DNA of 63,125 nt, the filler included, from Chiloscyllium plagiosum (Eukaryota), in assembly GCF_004010195.1 (NCBI RefSeq). It is 6 parts of one record of this genome, joined end to end, with 100 filler letters (N's around TTAATTAATTAA, not from the genome) between each part and the next. Parts side by side here need not be neighbours in the genome. Positions count along the whole stretch, not along the records: positions 22,893 to 41,096 come from NC_057712.1; 5 more parts are not named here. One strand, 5' to 3'. Positions 26,165-39,246 of the stretch are shown here, piece by piece. The notes beneath the pieces are model-generated. The model ran no database searches, was not told the DNA's origin, and saw only the letters and a list, made by a program, of their open reading frames with translations. How positions within the stretch are numbered: position 1 is the stretch's first letter; each line of letters opens with the position of its first letter. The position numbers and the translations under genes are program-made.

Positions 26165-26535
26165 GGAGGTTGAGAGGTGACCTTATAGAAGTTTATAAAA
26201 TCATGAGGGGTATAGATAGGGTTAATGGTAGGTGCCTTTTCCCTAGGACGAGGGATTTCAAGACTAGGGGGCACATTTTTGAGGGGAGAGAGGAGAGGGA
26301 TTTTGAAAAGACATGAGGGGCAATTATTTTTACACAGAGTGGTTCATGTGAATTAACTTATTGAGGGAGTGGTGAATGTGGATACAATTACAACATTTAA
26401 AAGAGATTTGGATAGTTACATAATTAGGAAAGGTTTGGAAGGATACGGGCCAGGAGCAGGCAGGTGGGACTAGTTTAATTTGGGCTTATGTTCAGCACGG
26501 ACTGGTTATCTGCTTTTATGCTGAATGACTCTATA
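26165..26535 (+). mobile_element. CR1-type LINE 3' end
   Basis: RRLRGDLIEVYKIMRG motif and CR1 tail. Confidence 0.85.
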
Positions 26536-27739
26536 ATTTAAAAAAAACTTGATTCTGGCTTTACTAAACATCCATTTTACATAGCAAAGTGCAAATTACC
26601 AATGCAATGAAAAGATAAGTAATTGTCACACCTCTGACTTTTCCTGCTCTATGTCAATATCATAGTTGCACAAGAATTATGGAGAACATGACAAAAGCAT
26701 TCCATCATCTTAACCTCAGGGGTCCCTGCTCCATAACCTGAACCCCCACTTAGACTTCAGTACTGTAATAAAAATCTTTCCTGACCACTCGATCTTACTT
26801 ACCTCACTATTATTGGGTGTTTCTCTCCTATATTGCATTTACTGCATTGAGAGTGAATTTACCAGAAGCAAATGAGAACACAATAAAGCTTGTGAATGGA
26901 GGCAAAGTTTCTCAGAGATTGTGTTTACGCTGCTGCAAAAGCAACTTTTCTCTGGTAAGTCATCAGCTGATTTTCCTCTGAAGTAAAATTTGAAAAAGTG
27001 GAAAAAAAATCAATAAGGCAAAATTCACTCTAATGGAATGCATGCAGTATTTAGAACAATTTAAATGAAACGAATGGAGACTGAAAGAACAAAGAACTGT
27101 TTTAAAACCAGCAAAAGAATGGTTGCATGGTTTGAAAGAAAGTAAACAGAAACTCATGCCAAACATTGTAAATAGCCCCTAGAACACAGTGATTGAAGTG
27201 GGTGCAGATGAATTGGAATGAAAGGGTTCTGTGCACAAGGGCAATTTTTTGGTCAACTCCCATGTAAATTGGTTATGAGCTTAGGACTTTTACAGGTTAC
27301 GCCAAAGTGTTTGATTTCTATCAGCTGAGGAGCAGTGCCTCTGTTCTCTGCAGTTAGAACATTTTATTACTGAAGAAAACCAGGTCATCTTTCCTTCATC
27401 AATTACAGTAAGCTGTGACATTTAACTGATAAGTCAGAGATATATGTTCTAACCAGCATGAGAAGCATAAAATCATCAACCACTGAACAGCCAGTTTCCT
27501 CTTTCCATAATCAATTTTTCCCTTTGCTGCCTAAAAGTTTATTATGTGATTTGAGTTTTAATTGTAGTATTACTTGAAAGTTTTATAATTGTAGTTAGAG
27601 CTTAATTATATAAAAATAGTAATTATTACAAATTCTTGCTCTTTACTAAGTACAGAAATCTAGCCTGCATTTGCTCTCAACCAGGTAAATTGGGGAATTA
27701 TTTTTACTTCTTTAAAATCTAAAATTTAGTACTAATCTG

Positions 27740-29320
27740 GGAAGAGGAGTGCTTGATTTCCAGCATGTCATCCTAGTAGAATTGTAACAATCAGAAGATG
27801 CCAAATTCATATGGGTAGAGGCAAGAAATCAAAAAGGGAAACAACATACTATGGGTAATCTATAGGCTTCCTAAAACAGATGATATGTGGAAGGACAGAG
27901 AATAAAGCAGGAGATAATAAGGACATATAAAGAAAGACTTCCATTAATTATGAGTGACTTCAATCTTCACATAGATTGAGATCTTCTGATTGGTGGAGGT
28001 AGTCATGAGGAAAAAATTCAGTGTGTTCAGGACAGTTTCTTACAACAATAGGTTGTGCATCCAACCAGTGATCAAGCTACTTTGGATCTGTTGATATATA
28101 ATGAGGCAGATTTAATTTATGATGTCAGTACAAGAGTGATAAACCTGGGTCAGAAACAACTGTGTTAAACACAAACGAGTGTGATTACAAAGGAATGAGT
28201 ACAGAGATAGATTGTGAAAGGATTTTGTGTCAAAGGTGAGCACATGCGAGAGAGTATGACCAGATTCAACTTAGGCCTCTAAGAGATCAGGCTTGGGAAA
28301 AGATAATGGGAATTCAGGAAATGGGGGAAGAATTTAATTAATTCTTTGCAGTTTTCGCAGTAGAAGACACTAATAGTGAGGATTTAAAATCTGGATTGTT
28401 GTCAAGAACAACCATTTAATGCATGCTTTTACTAACTACAAAATGGCTTCTTAATGCAAATAACATGAGATAACAAAATGGCTTCTAGGAGCAAATTAAC
28501 AATTTTGGTTTATAATGGCATCTAACCCTGCTAAAAACTGCATTCCTGAACTAATTGAAACAGATTAGCAAACAATGCCCTGTTCATAGTATGAATTAAC
28601 TAAGCAAGATATGACATTATTAAAAGTATGCTAGCTGACCTTGTAGACGTAGGTGTAGAGAGATAAAGATGTGCAAAATAAGTCAGTTCCCAGGAAATAT
28701 CATTGGCTCAATTTTATGTCTATTTGCCATTTTGTTACTTTTGATGGTTTAATTTTGCAATTAAGACTGTTCTGTTTGTTAAGAGACCTATCTCTATTAA
28801 GCTAAAATGCAGCAGCTTTTCCAGAATACACAGGAGGTGCATAACTAGTGTTGCTAGATAAGTTACGTCCAACGTCGTAATAAATTGTTGTTAAATCTTG
28901 CTGAAACCAGTCCGAGCTGCTAGTGTTTATTTGACTGATCGCGGAACCGAGAGGCCCCTCCCGGGGATCCAGATTTACAATAGCATTCCAAAATTGCTAA
29001 GAGGAGGAGAGGAAATAAATATAATAACTATCATTAGAGAAAGTGCTAGGGAAACTAATGGATTTAATGTCCCATGAATCCAATGGGATGTCTTCCAGGA
29101 TATTAAAAGTCATCACAGAGATAGTGGATGCATTGGCAGTAATCTCCCAAGAAGCATTAGATTCTTATCAAAATCCCAAAGGACTGGAAAACTTCTAATG
29201 ATGGTTACTTAAAAAAAAAAACGAAAGAAAAAAAAATTAACTATTGGCCAATTAGCTTAACATGTTATTGGGAAAATGTCAGAGTCTCTTATAAAGGAGG
29301 CAATAGCAGAGTATTTAACA
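27740..29320 (+). mobile_element. Old degraded CR1-type LINE interrupted by a solo LTR
   Basis: Remnant EN/RT motifs (IMSDFNL, LDLL, NYWPISL). Confidence 0.65.
28377..28979 (+). mobile_element. Solo LTR of an endogenous retrovirus (same family as the LTR at 53426-53721)
   Basis: TG...CA ends, 4-bp TSD ATAG (28373-28376 and 28980-28983), AATAAA at 28879-28884; both ends align by eye with the reverse complement of 53426-53721. Confidence 0.85.
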
Positions 29321-29599
29321 GTACTGGCACAGATGGGGAATGAGGGATGCTGGTTACCTTAACCAGCTGGTCGCACAAGAAAAACTAACAACAGCGTCTA
29401 ATTGAATTCTATTAGCCATAGCCACGAGATTAGTGTAGATTTTAATAGGAAAGCTCAAATTCTGGTAAAGTAGACTGCATCCAATCTATTATTTCCTTCC
29501 AATTGTTAACATAGTAAAATCTCCATAATCCAATCATTCAAATTCCCTTTTTGATTCTTAGAGGACAGTTGCATGAGAATTCGGAAGGATTGGGATTTG

Positions 29600-29900
29600 G
29601 GGCGGCAGGGTGACTCAGTGTTAGCCCTGTTGCTTCACAGCAGCAGGGACCCAAGTTCTATTCCAACCTCAGGTGATGTCTGAGTGGATTTTGCACATTC
29701 TCCCAGTGTCGGCGTGGGTTTCCTCCAGAGCTCGTGTTTCCTCCAACAATCCAACGATGTGCAGGCCAGGTGAACTGACCATACTAAACTGCCCAAAGTG
29801 TTAGGTACATTAGTCAGAGGGAAATGAGGAAAAAGGTGGGTTACTCTTTGGAGGGTCTGTGTGGACTTATTGAGCCAAATGTCTTGTTTCCACACTATTT
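29600..29900 (+). mobile_element. HE1/V-SINE (diverged)
   Basis: tRNA-like head and central domain. Confidence 0.8.
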
Positions 29901-30166
29901 TAATCAAGGTAATGGGGATTTTAATGCATGATCAAGCAGGGTCAGCATGACTGAAGAAAGGGGAAAATCATACCCAACAAATTTATTAGAATTTGTTGAG
30001 GATAATGAGGTATCAAGGAGGACAATTAAAAGGAATGGAATGCTTGTAATGTTATTTGGCATTTCAGAAGGCGCTTGATAAGGTATCACACATTATGCTA
30101 CTTAAGATAACAGGCTGAGTGTTGAGGGTAGTATATTAGCATAGATTAATGATTGTCTTCTGTTAT

Positions 30167-31682
30167 GGAGGTGCTGGACTGGGGTTACAAATCACACAAC
30201 AGGTTATAGTCCAACAGGTTTATTTGGAAGCACTAACCTTAGGAACATTGCTCCTTCATCAGGTAACTTTGGAAAAGGATCATAAGACACAGAATTTATA
30301 GGAAAAAAAGTGTCATACAACAGAAATAATAAATTGAACAAGCCTAGATTGCTGTTAAGTCTTTCATCTTTTAGAATGGATTGCAGGTTTCAGTTCATCA
30401 ATATGTAAATCTCAGAATTTCTTTTCAATCACAATCCAAAGATAGTTTTATAAAACTAAGTTAAGTGACATCTCAGCTCAGACAATACATTAAAGGTTTG
30501 AGGTTAGTCTGTCTGTATCACAAGCTTGAGTCAGACTGTATCTATTTCCAAAGTAGGAAATTTATAAAATATTACATGGATTGACTGCCTGCAGGTTGTG
30601 TGTTTTTTGTACAAAATAGAAAACATATATCTGCAAACATAATTCTGTCAATGCAAATTCACTCTATAAACATGTGTGCACAAGTGCCTGAGCGAGAGAA
30701 TGTGTGTGTGCGTGTGAGAGTCTGTTTGCATGTGTGAGTGAGTGTTTTGGATTAGACGCCTGTGAGCTTGTAGGTGGTGTGTGGATAAGGAAGTGGGAGT
30801 TGGAGAGTCTGTGCGTATGCAAGTGGGTGCGTATACAAGTGTGAAAGTGTATAGTGTAGTGGGGTCACCTGTAGTGTGACATGAACCCAAGATCCTGGTT
30901 GAGGCCATCCTCATGAGTCCTTAACTTGGCTACCAGCCCCTGCTTGGCAACTCGGCATTGTTGCATATCCTGAAGCCTGCCTTGGAGGATGGTCACCCAA
31001 AGATCAGAGGCCAAATGTCCCTGACCGCTGAAGTATTCCCCCACCGGGAAGGAACAATCCTGTCTGGCGACTGTTGTAGTATCTACTTGGTCTCACCAAT
31101 ATACCATGCCTCAGGACATCCTTGTCTGTAGCGAATGAGATAGTCAACATTGCCTGAGTCACAGGAGTACATGGTGGGTGGCCCCACATGCAGTAGTGGT
31201 ATCCATATCGACACTCTTGCAGTGATTGCCATGACAAGGTTGTACAGTGTTGTGGTCGATGTTTACAGCAAACTGCCCAGCCTTCAGGGCAACAATGGTC
31301 TTTATAAGGGGTGGCAATTGTTTAAAGGCGAGAAGTGGAGGCATAGGGAAGGTCTTGATGAGGTGCTCATCCTCATTGATAGCATGGCGCAGGTTGCAAA
31401 GAATATGGCATTGCTCCTCCGCTACCGGAAAATACTGGACAACGAAGGATATCCTATTGGTTGTATCCCATGTCTGTCTCCTGAGGAGATCATTACAGTT
31501 TCTCACTGTGGCACCATCAGAACTGGCAACGTGTTGAGCATTGTACCCTATTCTTATGAAGACCTCCTTGAGCACCTTCAGGTGTCCATCACGATGCTCC
31601 TCATCTGAACAGATCCGATGTATGCATAGGGCTAGTCCATAGGAGACGACTGTTTTAATATGTTTAGGGTGGAAGTGCAGAG
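30167..31682 (-). mobile_element. Penelope-like element (Neptune-type) 3' portion
   Basis: FHPKHIKTxxSYGxALxIHRICS RT-thumb motif, Cys-containing linker PCHGNHCKS, WYIGET GIY-YIG motif, degenerate hammerhead core at about 30235-30263. Confidence 0.8.
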
Positions 31683-31689
31683 TGGTGAG

Positions 31690-31962
31690 GTCATCCATGA
31701 ATTCCGAGAAGCATGGCATTCTAACTGGAGCTCTATCAACACATCGAGATAGATCCCATCTACCACCCCCTGACAAAAAGAACAGGAAATGACATCACCA
31801 CAGGAAGTGATATCACCAACCCAAAGAAACCCAGACATATAAATAGAAAGCAGGAATTATCAGCAGTGCTTCACCCGGAGGCCCACTGAAGATGTTACTT
31901 AGTAGGGTGACGAAACATCTTGAAATGAACCTACCAGCTCAGTCAGCAAACCTACATCCAAA
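31690..31962 (+). mobile_element. Penelope-like terminal repeat (same family as 9652-10187) with hammerhead motif
   Basis: CTGAAGA-T-GTTACT-TAGTAG-GGTGAC-GAAAC-ATC at 31886-31919. Confidence 0.85.
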
Positions 31963-34900
31963 ATGAATGTCCTTAACCTTAACTGGCTTCACATAATGAA
32001 TACTTTTCACCTTGTTAAACTGACCTTCCATATGGAATGCTTCTAATATTGTTAAATGGCTTTACAAAATGAATGCTTTTCCACCTTGATAACCCATTAT
32101 CCTTGTCTCCAGCACCCCATTGTTAACTAAGTTCTTATCTGATCTGAGTCATGCTCAGCTGAACCTTCTTTCACAATCAGAACTTCACTCTTTCCCTACC
32201 TGCTCATACCCAATACACATTCTTGCATATATAACTTTTATCGTCTTGCCTTTCAGGACTAAACACTTCTGTCTGACCCTCGGCCTGTTCAGGTTTTTCC
32301 CACACCATTACATCAAACAGGATATCAGCTAACTGAACCTCCACTCCTTCATCGTGCTCTTTAGTTTTCGCTTCGTGCATGATTTATGATAGTGGAATCT
32401 GGTTACCACACTGTCTGGGAAAATACCAAGATATTTCTGTTTTAACTCCTCAGTTTCTTGATCTTCCTTGGGCTTCACCACAACAAGGGGTGTCACCCCC
32501 ACCAAATCATTCCCAAGAACAAATTGAATTCCTGGAACTGACACTCTGTCAATCACTCCCACTGTAATTTCCCAGTCTTGAGTTGGCACTCCAACCTGAT
32601 CTTATATTACGCTATTGGGCGGCACGGTGGCACAGTGGTTAGCACTGCTGCCTCACAGCGCCGGAGACCCGGGTTCATTTCCCGCCTCAGGCGACTGACT
32701 GTGTGGAGTTTGCACATTCTCCCCGTGTCTGCGTGGGTTTCCTCTGGGTGCTCCGGTTTTCTCCCACAGTCCAAAGATGTGCAGGTCAGGTAAATTGGCC
32801 ATGCTAAATTGCCCGTAGTGTTAGGTAAGGGGTAAATGCAGGGGTATGGGTGGGTTGCGCTTCGGTGGGTCGCGTTTCGGTGGGTCGGTGTGGACTTGTT
32901 GGGCCGAAGGGCCTGTTTCCACACTGTAATGTAATCTAATCTAAATTGCTGTCCATCTATCCCATAAATTACCACACTCTCTGATAACAGATCAGAAAGA
33001 GTGCATATTCGCTCATCCCTTACTATCAGCGACTGGTTAGATCCTGTGTCTCAAAATTATAACTTCTTGTCCTCCTTCCCCTTGTTGTTCTGAGTAAACT
33101 TTACCCACAAAGGCAAATTCTTGATAGAGATCAGGTACTAACTCCATACCCAGCCCCTGCCTAGGCTGTGCACACTCCTTGGGGTCTTCTTGGGGTCTCC
33201 TTCACTAATGCCACTGGCTTAGCTTCTTTTACCACATCTTTTCCCACAATGGCTTTCTTTAACAATCAGTACTGTGACTTTACATGTCCCACCTTACCAC
33301 AGTGGAAACATCAGAGGCCTTTCACCACCATTCTACCCTCTTGGGCTTCTTTTTTATCCTATGGTAAACTCTTACCAGTGTTCTCTGCTCTTGGTTTCCT
33401 AATATAGGATCACCTCTTCGCCCAAACTCTATCCTTCACAGGACAAAATTCTGGCCGGAAGCTTGTTTTATGTACCAACATGTCCTCACCTGCTAATTCT
33501 GCTGCCCTTCTCACTTCCTGTTCCTCCACGTGAATTCTTATGATATCTGTAAATGAGTTTTTAAACTCCTCCAGCAGAATAACCTCTCTTTGAGCCTCAA
33601 AAGATCATATCTATTTTCAACACATGCACCCATCGATCAAAATGACTATGTTTAATTCTTTTGAACACAACACTGGCCTGGTTCCTTCGTTGTGTTTCTG
33701 AACCGCTGTCCATGTGTTTCTGGTACCAATTCATAAGCATTTAAAATAGCCTGTATAACCTCTTCATAATTGCTTGACTCCTCATCGGGCAGTGCAGTAA
33801 CTCACTAACCCTGCCTACCAGTTTAATCTGAACTAGCATTACCCATAAATCCTCAGACCACTCCATCTGCAAAGCCAATTTTTTAAAATGAAATAAAAAG
33901 ATGGCTTCAACATCTTTCTCATCAAAATGTAGCAGAGTTTTGACATACTTATACATATCACCACCTTCTCTTTTAATCTCCATCCTATTAACTTGACTTT
34001 GCTGACTAAGTCGCAAATTCTCAAGTTCAAATTCTCTCTCTCTTCCACTCTCTCTTTCTTCTCTCTCTCCTTGCTCAGCTAAGAACCTTCTCTCTCTCTT
34101 TGTTTATCTTCTAACTCCATTTTCCTCAATTGTAATTCAAGATTTTCTAACTCTACTGCACTTGTCTGTTTCTCTGGCACACTGAAGTGTTTGAGTAATT
34201 CCCTTACAATTTCAACTTTATTTTTGTCCTTGGTTAAACCCAAATCTAATTTCTTTGCTAATTCTAAAAAGTATGGCCTTTTCTTCCCTTCGAAATTTCT
34301 TGCCAATTTTGAGAATGACCTTCAAATCCCAGAACCTCTTTAGCAATTTTAAGAGCCATTTCTCTCACTTTTAATTTAATCAACCACAAGTCACCAAAAT
34401 TAAACAAATTGTCTCACTTACGTTTTATGTAAATATCTAGGACAGTAATCTGCAAGTGTTTAAATCTGCTGGGATTTTTCGTCCCCCTAAATCTATTCAA
34501 ATCTGTCTAAACCAATTCAAGTCCTGATGACGAGCCTCCAATCTGTTACGATACGTGGTATACTCTGCTGCTTAATTTAAGCCAGCAACACAAGATTTAT
34601 CCTGTAGTAATCTGTGAAAATTCGATAGGCCAAGAACTATTTAAAGTAAAAATTAACTACTTTATTTCTTAAGGTATAACAGAGAATAATTAACTAACAA
34701 CTATTTACATCTTTTATCTTCCCTTCTATAATACTAGTCCGATAACATCCCCCAATTAAGATTTACCAAAACTTCAAGTTTACAGAACCAATTAGATGTC
34801 GGAATTTCTCTTTTTTGGTCTTTTCTTCTTAGGGATTTCTGTTTCACAGGTCACTGATCGATAAAGGTACCTTTAAGACACCTACTCTCCGGGCAGTCTG

Positions 34901-35231
34901 CAGATGCTGGTGGCTTGGCAGTTCTTCTCCCAACTGTTCAATTTTCCCCGGTCTTATACCCCCCCAAAGCATCAGATTGTGTCATTGGCTTTTAAGATTG
35001 CCAATATACTAAATTCAAACTTGATTGGGAGTTTGGTATTTTTTCAGGGTATAATTTAAACTGATTGGCCTAATTCAAATTTGTTTTGTTGTCTCCAGAT
35101 AACCAACTAATCAAGTTGTTCGACTAAATGTTACATTACATCTTTTTCAGAACACTTGGTGCTGTGTCAGGTAGTTCTGTTAGTTTTTAACTCTCTTTAA
35201 AAAGGTCCAGTACAACCACATCTTCATAAGA
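31963..35231 (-). mobile_element. Gypsy/Gmr1-like LTR retrotransposon 5' part: LTR (34544-35231), PBS, gag, protease
   Basis: LTR end ...GTAACA followed by TGGAGGCTCGTC (tRNA-Pro-like PBS); gag FDEKDVEA..F..LALQMEW; CFHCGKVGH knuckle; DTGSNQS protease; VLGNDL. Confidence 0.82.
32617..32944 (+). mobile_element. HE1/V-SINE inserted in the Gypsy protease region
   Basis: Full-length young copy. Confidence 0.9.
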
Positions 35232-38200
35232 CTGGACACTGGCGTCAGTACTGGGGAAGGAGGGAGCTCTTACAGAACAGGCTCTTCTTGAATCATGCTG
35301 AGACCACAGTCCTGGCAGATCGCATAGCCAGAATTGTGGACAGAGTTTTAAATTAAATAGTGGGGGAAAAGAGGGAAGTGGTTGGGTTCAGTTGCATTGA
35401 AAATTACAGAAATTTAAGGGGAGCAAAGCTCAACAAAGCTTATTATACTTTTCAGAACAGTAACAAGAGCAAGAATAAGGAAACGGTCAGGAATCTAATT
35501 TCAGACATAGCAGATCAGGGACAACTGTGAGAAAGAGGGCTATCAAAAGAAGACTGAGGCTGTACACAAAACAAATTAAATGAGCATGTAGCACAGACTG
35601 AATTTGGCAAATACGATGCTGTGGGCACAGAAAAATTGCTGGGAACTAAATATCCAAGGATGTGCATCCAATCAGAAGGATAGGCAGATGGAGCAGATAT
35701 CAAAATCGAATACTGAGTCAAAGAAAATGTAGAATCTGTGTGGGTAGAGTCGAGGAACTGCAAAGGAAAGAAAATCCTGATGGGAGTTATTCACAGGCCT
35801 CCTTGCAGAAATCAGGATGTGGGGAATAAAATTAATCAGGAGATAGAAAAGGATTCATTACAGTAATCATGAGTGATTTCAAACTGAAGGTAGACTGAAA
35901 ATAAGATTGGTAGCGGATACCAAGAAATGGGTACAATATCCTCAAGGTGGTTTATTGCAGCAGCTTGTGGGTACACACACTAAGGAACTGGCAACTCTGG
36001 ATTTGGTGATTGTAAAAGAAGCAGACTTGAATAGGGAGCTTAAGGTGAAGGAACTCCTACAGGACAGTGACCAGTAGATGGTAGAATTCACCTTGCAATT
36101 TGAGAGGAAGCTGGAATTGCATCTACCAGTATTACAACAGAGTAAAACATGAGGGAGGAGCTGGCCAGAGTTGATTGGAAGGGAAGCCTAGCAGAGAAGA
36201 TGAAGGATGAGCAATGGCATGAGTTTCTGGGGGTAATTTAGGATGCACAGCAAAATTCAACCCAAGAAAGAAGGAACATACCAACAAGAAGACAAGAGAA
36301 GTCAGGAACAATGTAAAAGCAAAAGAAAAAGCAAAAGCATGCAGTGTGATGAAGATGAGTGGGAAGCCAGAAGATGGGGAAGCCTTTAAAAACCAGCACA
36401 GGACAACTAAAAATGCAATATGTGGGAAGAAGAAGAAATGGGAGGTTCAGCTAACTAGCAATATAAAAAAATTGCAAACATTTCTTTCAGATATATGAAA
36501 ACGACAAGAGTGGACATTGGACCAATAGGAAGAGAGACTGGAGAAACGGTGGCTCAGTGGTTAGCACAGCTGCCTCACAGCACCAGGGTTCCAGGTTCGA
36601 TTCTAGCCTCGGGCGACTGTGTGGAGTTTGCACATTCTCCCCGTGTCTGCGTGGGTTTCCTCCCACAGTCCAAAGATGTGCAGGTCAGGTGAACTGGCCA
36701 TATTAAATTGCCCATAGTGTTAGGTGCATTAGTCAGAGGGAAATGGGTCTGGGTGGGTTACTCTTCGGAGGATCGGTGTGGACTTGTTGGGCCAAAGGGC
36801 CTGTTTCCACGTTGTAGGGAATCTAATCTAAAATAGTAATAGACAAAGAAACAGTGGAGGAACTGAATAGGTGCATTGCATCAGTCTTCATGGTGGAGGA
36901 TGCCAGCAGCATACCAGATATTTCAAGAGAGTTGGGGCAGGAGTGAGTGTCGTGGCCATCACTAAGGAGATGTTGTCACTGTACAGGACATTGGTTAGAC
37001 CATTTTTGGAATACTGTGTGCAATTCTGGTCTCCTTATCGGAAGGATGTTCTGAAACTTGAAAGGGTTCAGAAAAGATTTACAAGGATGTTGCCAGGGTT
37101 GGAGGATGAGCTACAGGGAGAGGTTGAATAGACTAGGGCTGTTTTCCCTGGAGTGTCGGAGGCTGAGGGGTGACCTTATAGAAGTTTATAAAATCATGAA
37201 GGGCATGGATAGGGTAAATAGACAAGGTTTTTTCCCTGGGGGTGGGAGAGTCCAGAACTAGAGGGTATAGGTTTAGGATGAGAGGGGAAAGATGTAAAAG
37301 AGACCTAAGGGGCAACTTTTTCCAGAGGGTGGTGGGTGTACGGAATAAGCTGCCAGAGTAGTAGTGGAGGCTGGTACAACTGCAACATTTAAAAGGCATC
37401 TGATGGGTATGAGTAGGAAAGGTTTGGAGGGATATGGGCCAGGTGCTACAAATGGGACTAGATTAAGATGGGTAACTGGTCAGCATGGAAGAGTTGGACA
37501 AAGGGTCTGTTTCCATCTATATATCTCTAAGAATCTAAGTGGAAGGAAGATGGATAAATCAGCCAGACTAGTTGGATTACACTCAGAATTCTGAAAGAGA
37601 TAATGAAGAAATTGGTGGCAATCTTTCAGTAATCACTGAAGTCAGGGAGAGTTCCAGAAGACTGGGAAATGGATTATGTAACCCCATATTTAAGAAGGGA
37701 GGGTGGCAGAAGACAGGAAATTATATTCCTGATGAAGGGCTTTTGCCCGAAATGATATTTTACTGCTCCTCTGATGTTGCTTGAACTGCTGTGCTTTTCC
37801 AGCACCACTCTAATCTAAACCCCGACAGGAAATTATAGGCCAGTTAGCTGGACTTCAGTTGTTGGAAAGATTTGCGAGTCCATTAGTAAGGATAAGATTG
37901 CGGAGTGCTTCGAAGTGCATAGTAAAATAGGGCTGAGTCAGCGCAACTCTGTCAAGGGGAGATCATGACTGAAATTTTAGAATTCTTTGAAGAGATAACA
38001 AGCAGCTTTGACAAAGGAGAGCCAGTGGACATTATTTATTTGGATTTCCAGAAGGCTTTTGATTAAGAGCCTCCTGCGCAGCACCTCAAGGTACTGGCAT
38101 GGATAGAGGATTGGCTGAATGACAGATGGCAGAGAGTGAGGACAAAGTGGGTCTTTTTCAGGATGGCAGCCGGTGACTAGGAGTTCCACAGCGGTCAGTG

Positions 38201-38470
38201 TTTGGACCACAACTACTCACATTGTACTTTAACAGTGGGATGAAGGAACTGAAAATGTTATTGCTAAGCTAGCAGAAAACACAAAGATGGGTGGAGGGAC
38301 AAGTAATGTTCAGGAAACAGAAGACGTTGGACAGACTAGAAGAGTGGGCAAAGAAGTGGCACAGAATACAATGTGGGAAAGTAAGAGATTATGCACTTTA
38401 GAAGGAAGAATGGAGGTGTAGAATATTTTCTAAAAACGGGCAAAACTTCAGAAATCTGAAGCGCAAAAGA
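35232..38470 (+). mobile_element. Degraded CR1-type LINE (ORF1 end to ORF2 RT) with nested SINE (36546-36830), younger CR1 3' end (~36970-37530) and a PLE end
   Basis: EN and RT motif remnants in order; [19 protein letters not shown] in the nested copy. Confidence 0.75.
37726..37823 (+). mobile_element. Short Penelope-like hammerhead-bearing insertion
   Basis: TTCCTGATGAAGGGCTTTTGCCCGAAA; perfect 14-bp TSD GACAGGAAATTATA (37712-37725 and 37824-37837). Confidence 0.88.
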
Positions 38471-39246
38471 ATGCTCAAGTTTAACTCCAAACAGTTTCCT
38501 TCGGACAGTATTGATACATAAACTTGAATAATGCCAATGTTAAGCAATCCTTGAATCTTCAAATGATTTATTCTCTGCAATGGCAGATTCACCCAGCTGG
38601 AAAAAAGCAGACAGGATTGAAGGTGGATGATATGGTCAGACAGGTCAAGAAGGATGTGGGATAGTTTTCCCACAATACAGGCTATTGAGATTTTTATAAG
38701 AACCTTCTGTGGCAGTAAAGAAAAATGGCTCAATAATGTGGCAGCAAAGGAAACCCAATTGGAGGCATTCATATCTGAAGTATCAGGAAGATCAATGAAA
38801 ATTTGGAAGGGTGGAATTGAAGTAAGTGGCTGTTTGCAAAGGTGGTAGAGTCAAGGATTATCTTTTTGAGGAGGGGATGATAATGGTACATTTGAAGAGA
38901 GCGTCAGAACTAGCGGGGAGAACTGTTAATAATGCCAACTAACATAGGGACTCAGAAGAACGTTGGGGTCAGCTGTTTTGTAAGAATACAGAAAAAACAC
39001 CAAGGGTCTCTTGAGCAAGTGAGCTACAGAAGGATGAGAGAAGACAGGAGAGAAACTAAAGGAGAAAGGTCTGGGTTAGCTAGCAGGAACTTTAAGTCCC
39101 AGTGGGCCAAAGAAAGGAATAGAAATAAAAGAGTCAATTGATCTGATGGTCTCAATCCTGGTAATCAAGAAAACCATGGGCTCCTCACATTTATCATTGT
39201 AAGTCAGGAAGGAGGAGACATGAGATTTTTTAAAAAATATTTATTC

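Noticed and set aside
34522..34540. CTGATGA as another hammerhead core
   Set aside because: No stem II or GAAA follows; it overlaps the Gypsy PBS on the other strand
38480..39220. Possible degraded L1 3' region on the minus strand
   Set aside because: Motifs are too decayed to call without an alignment
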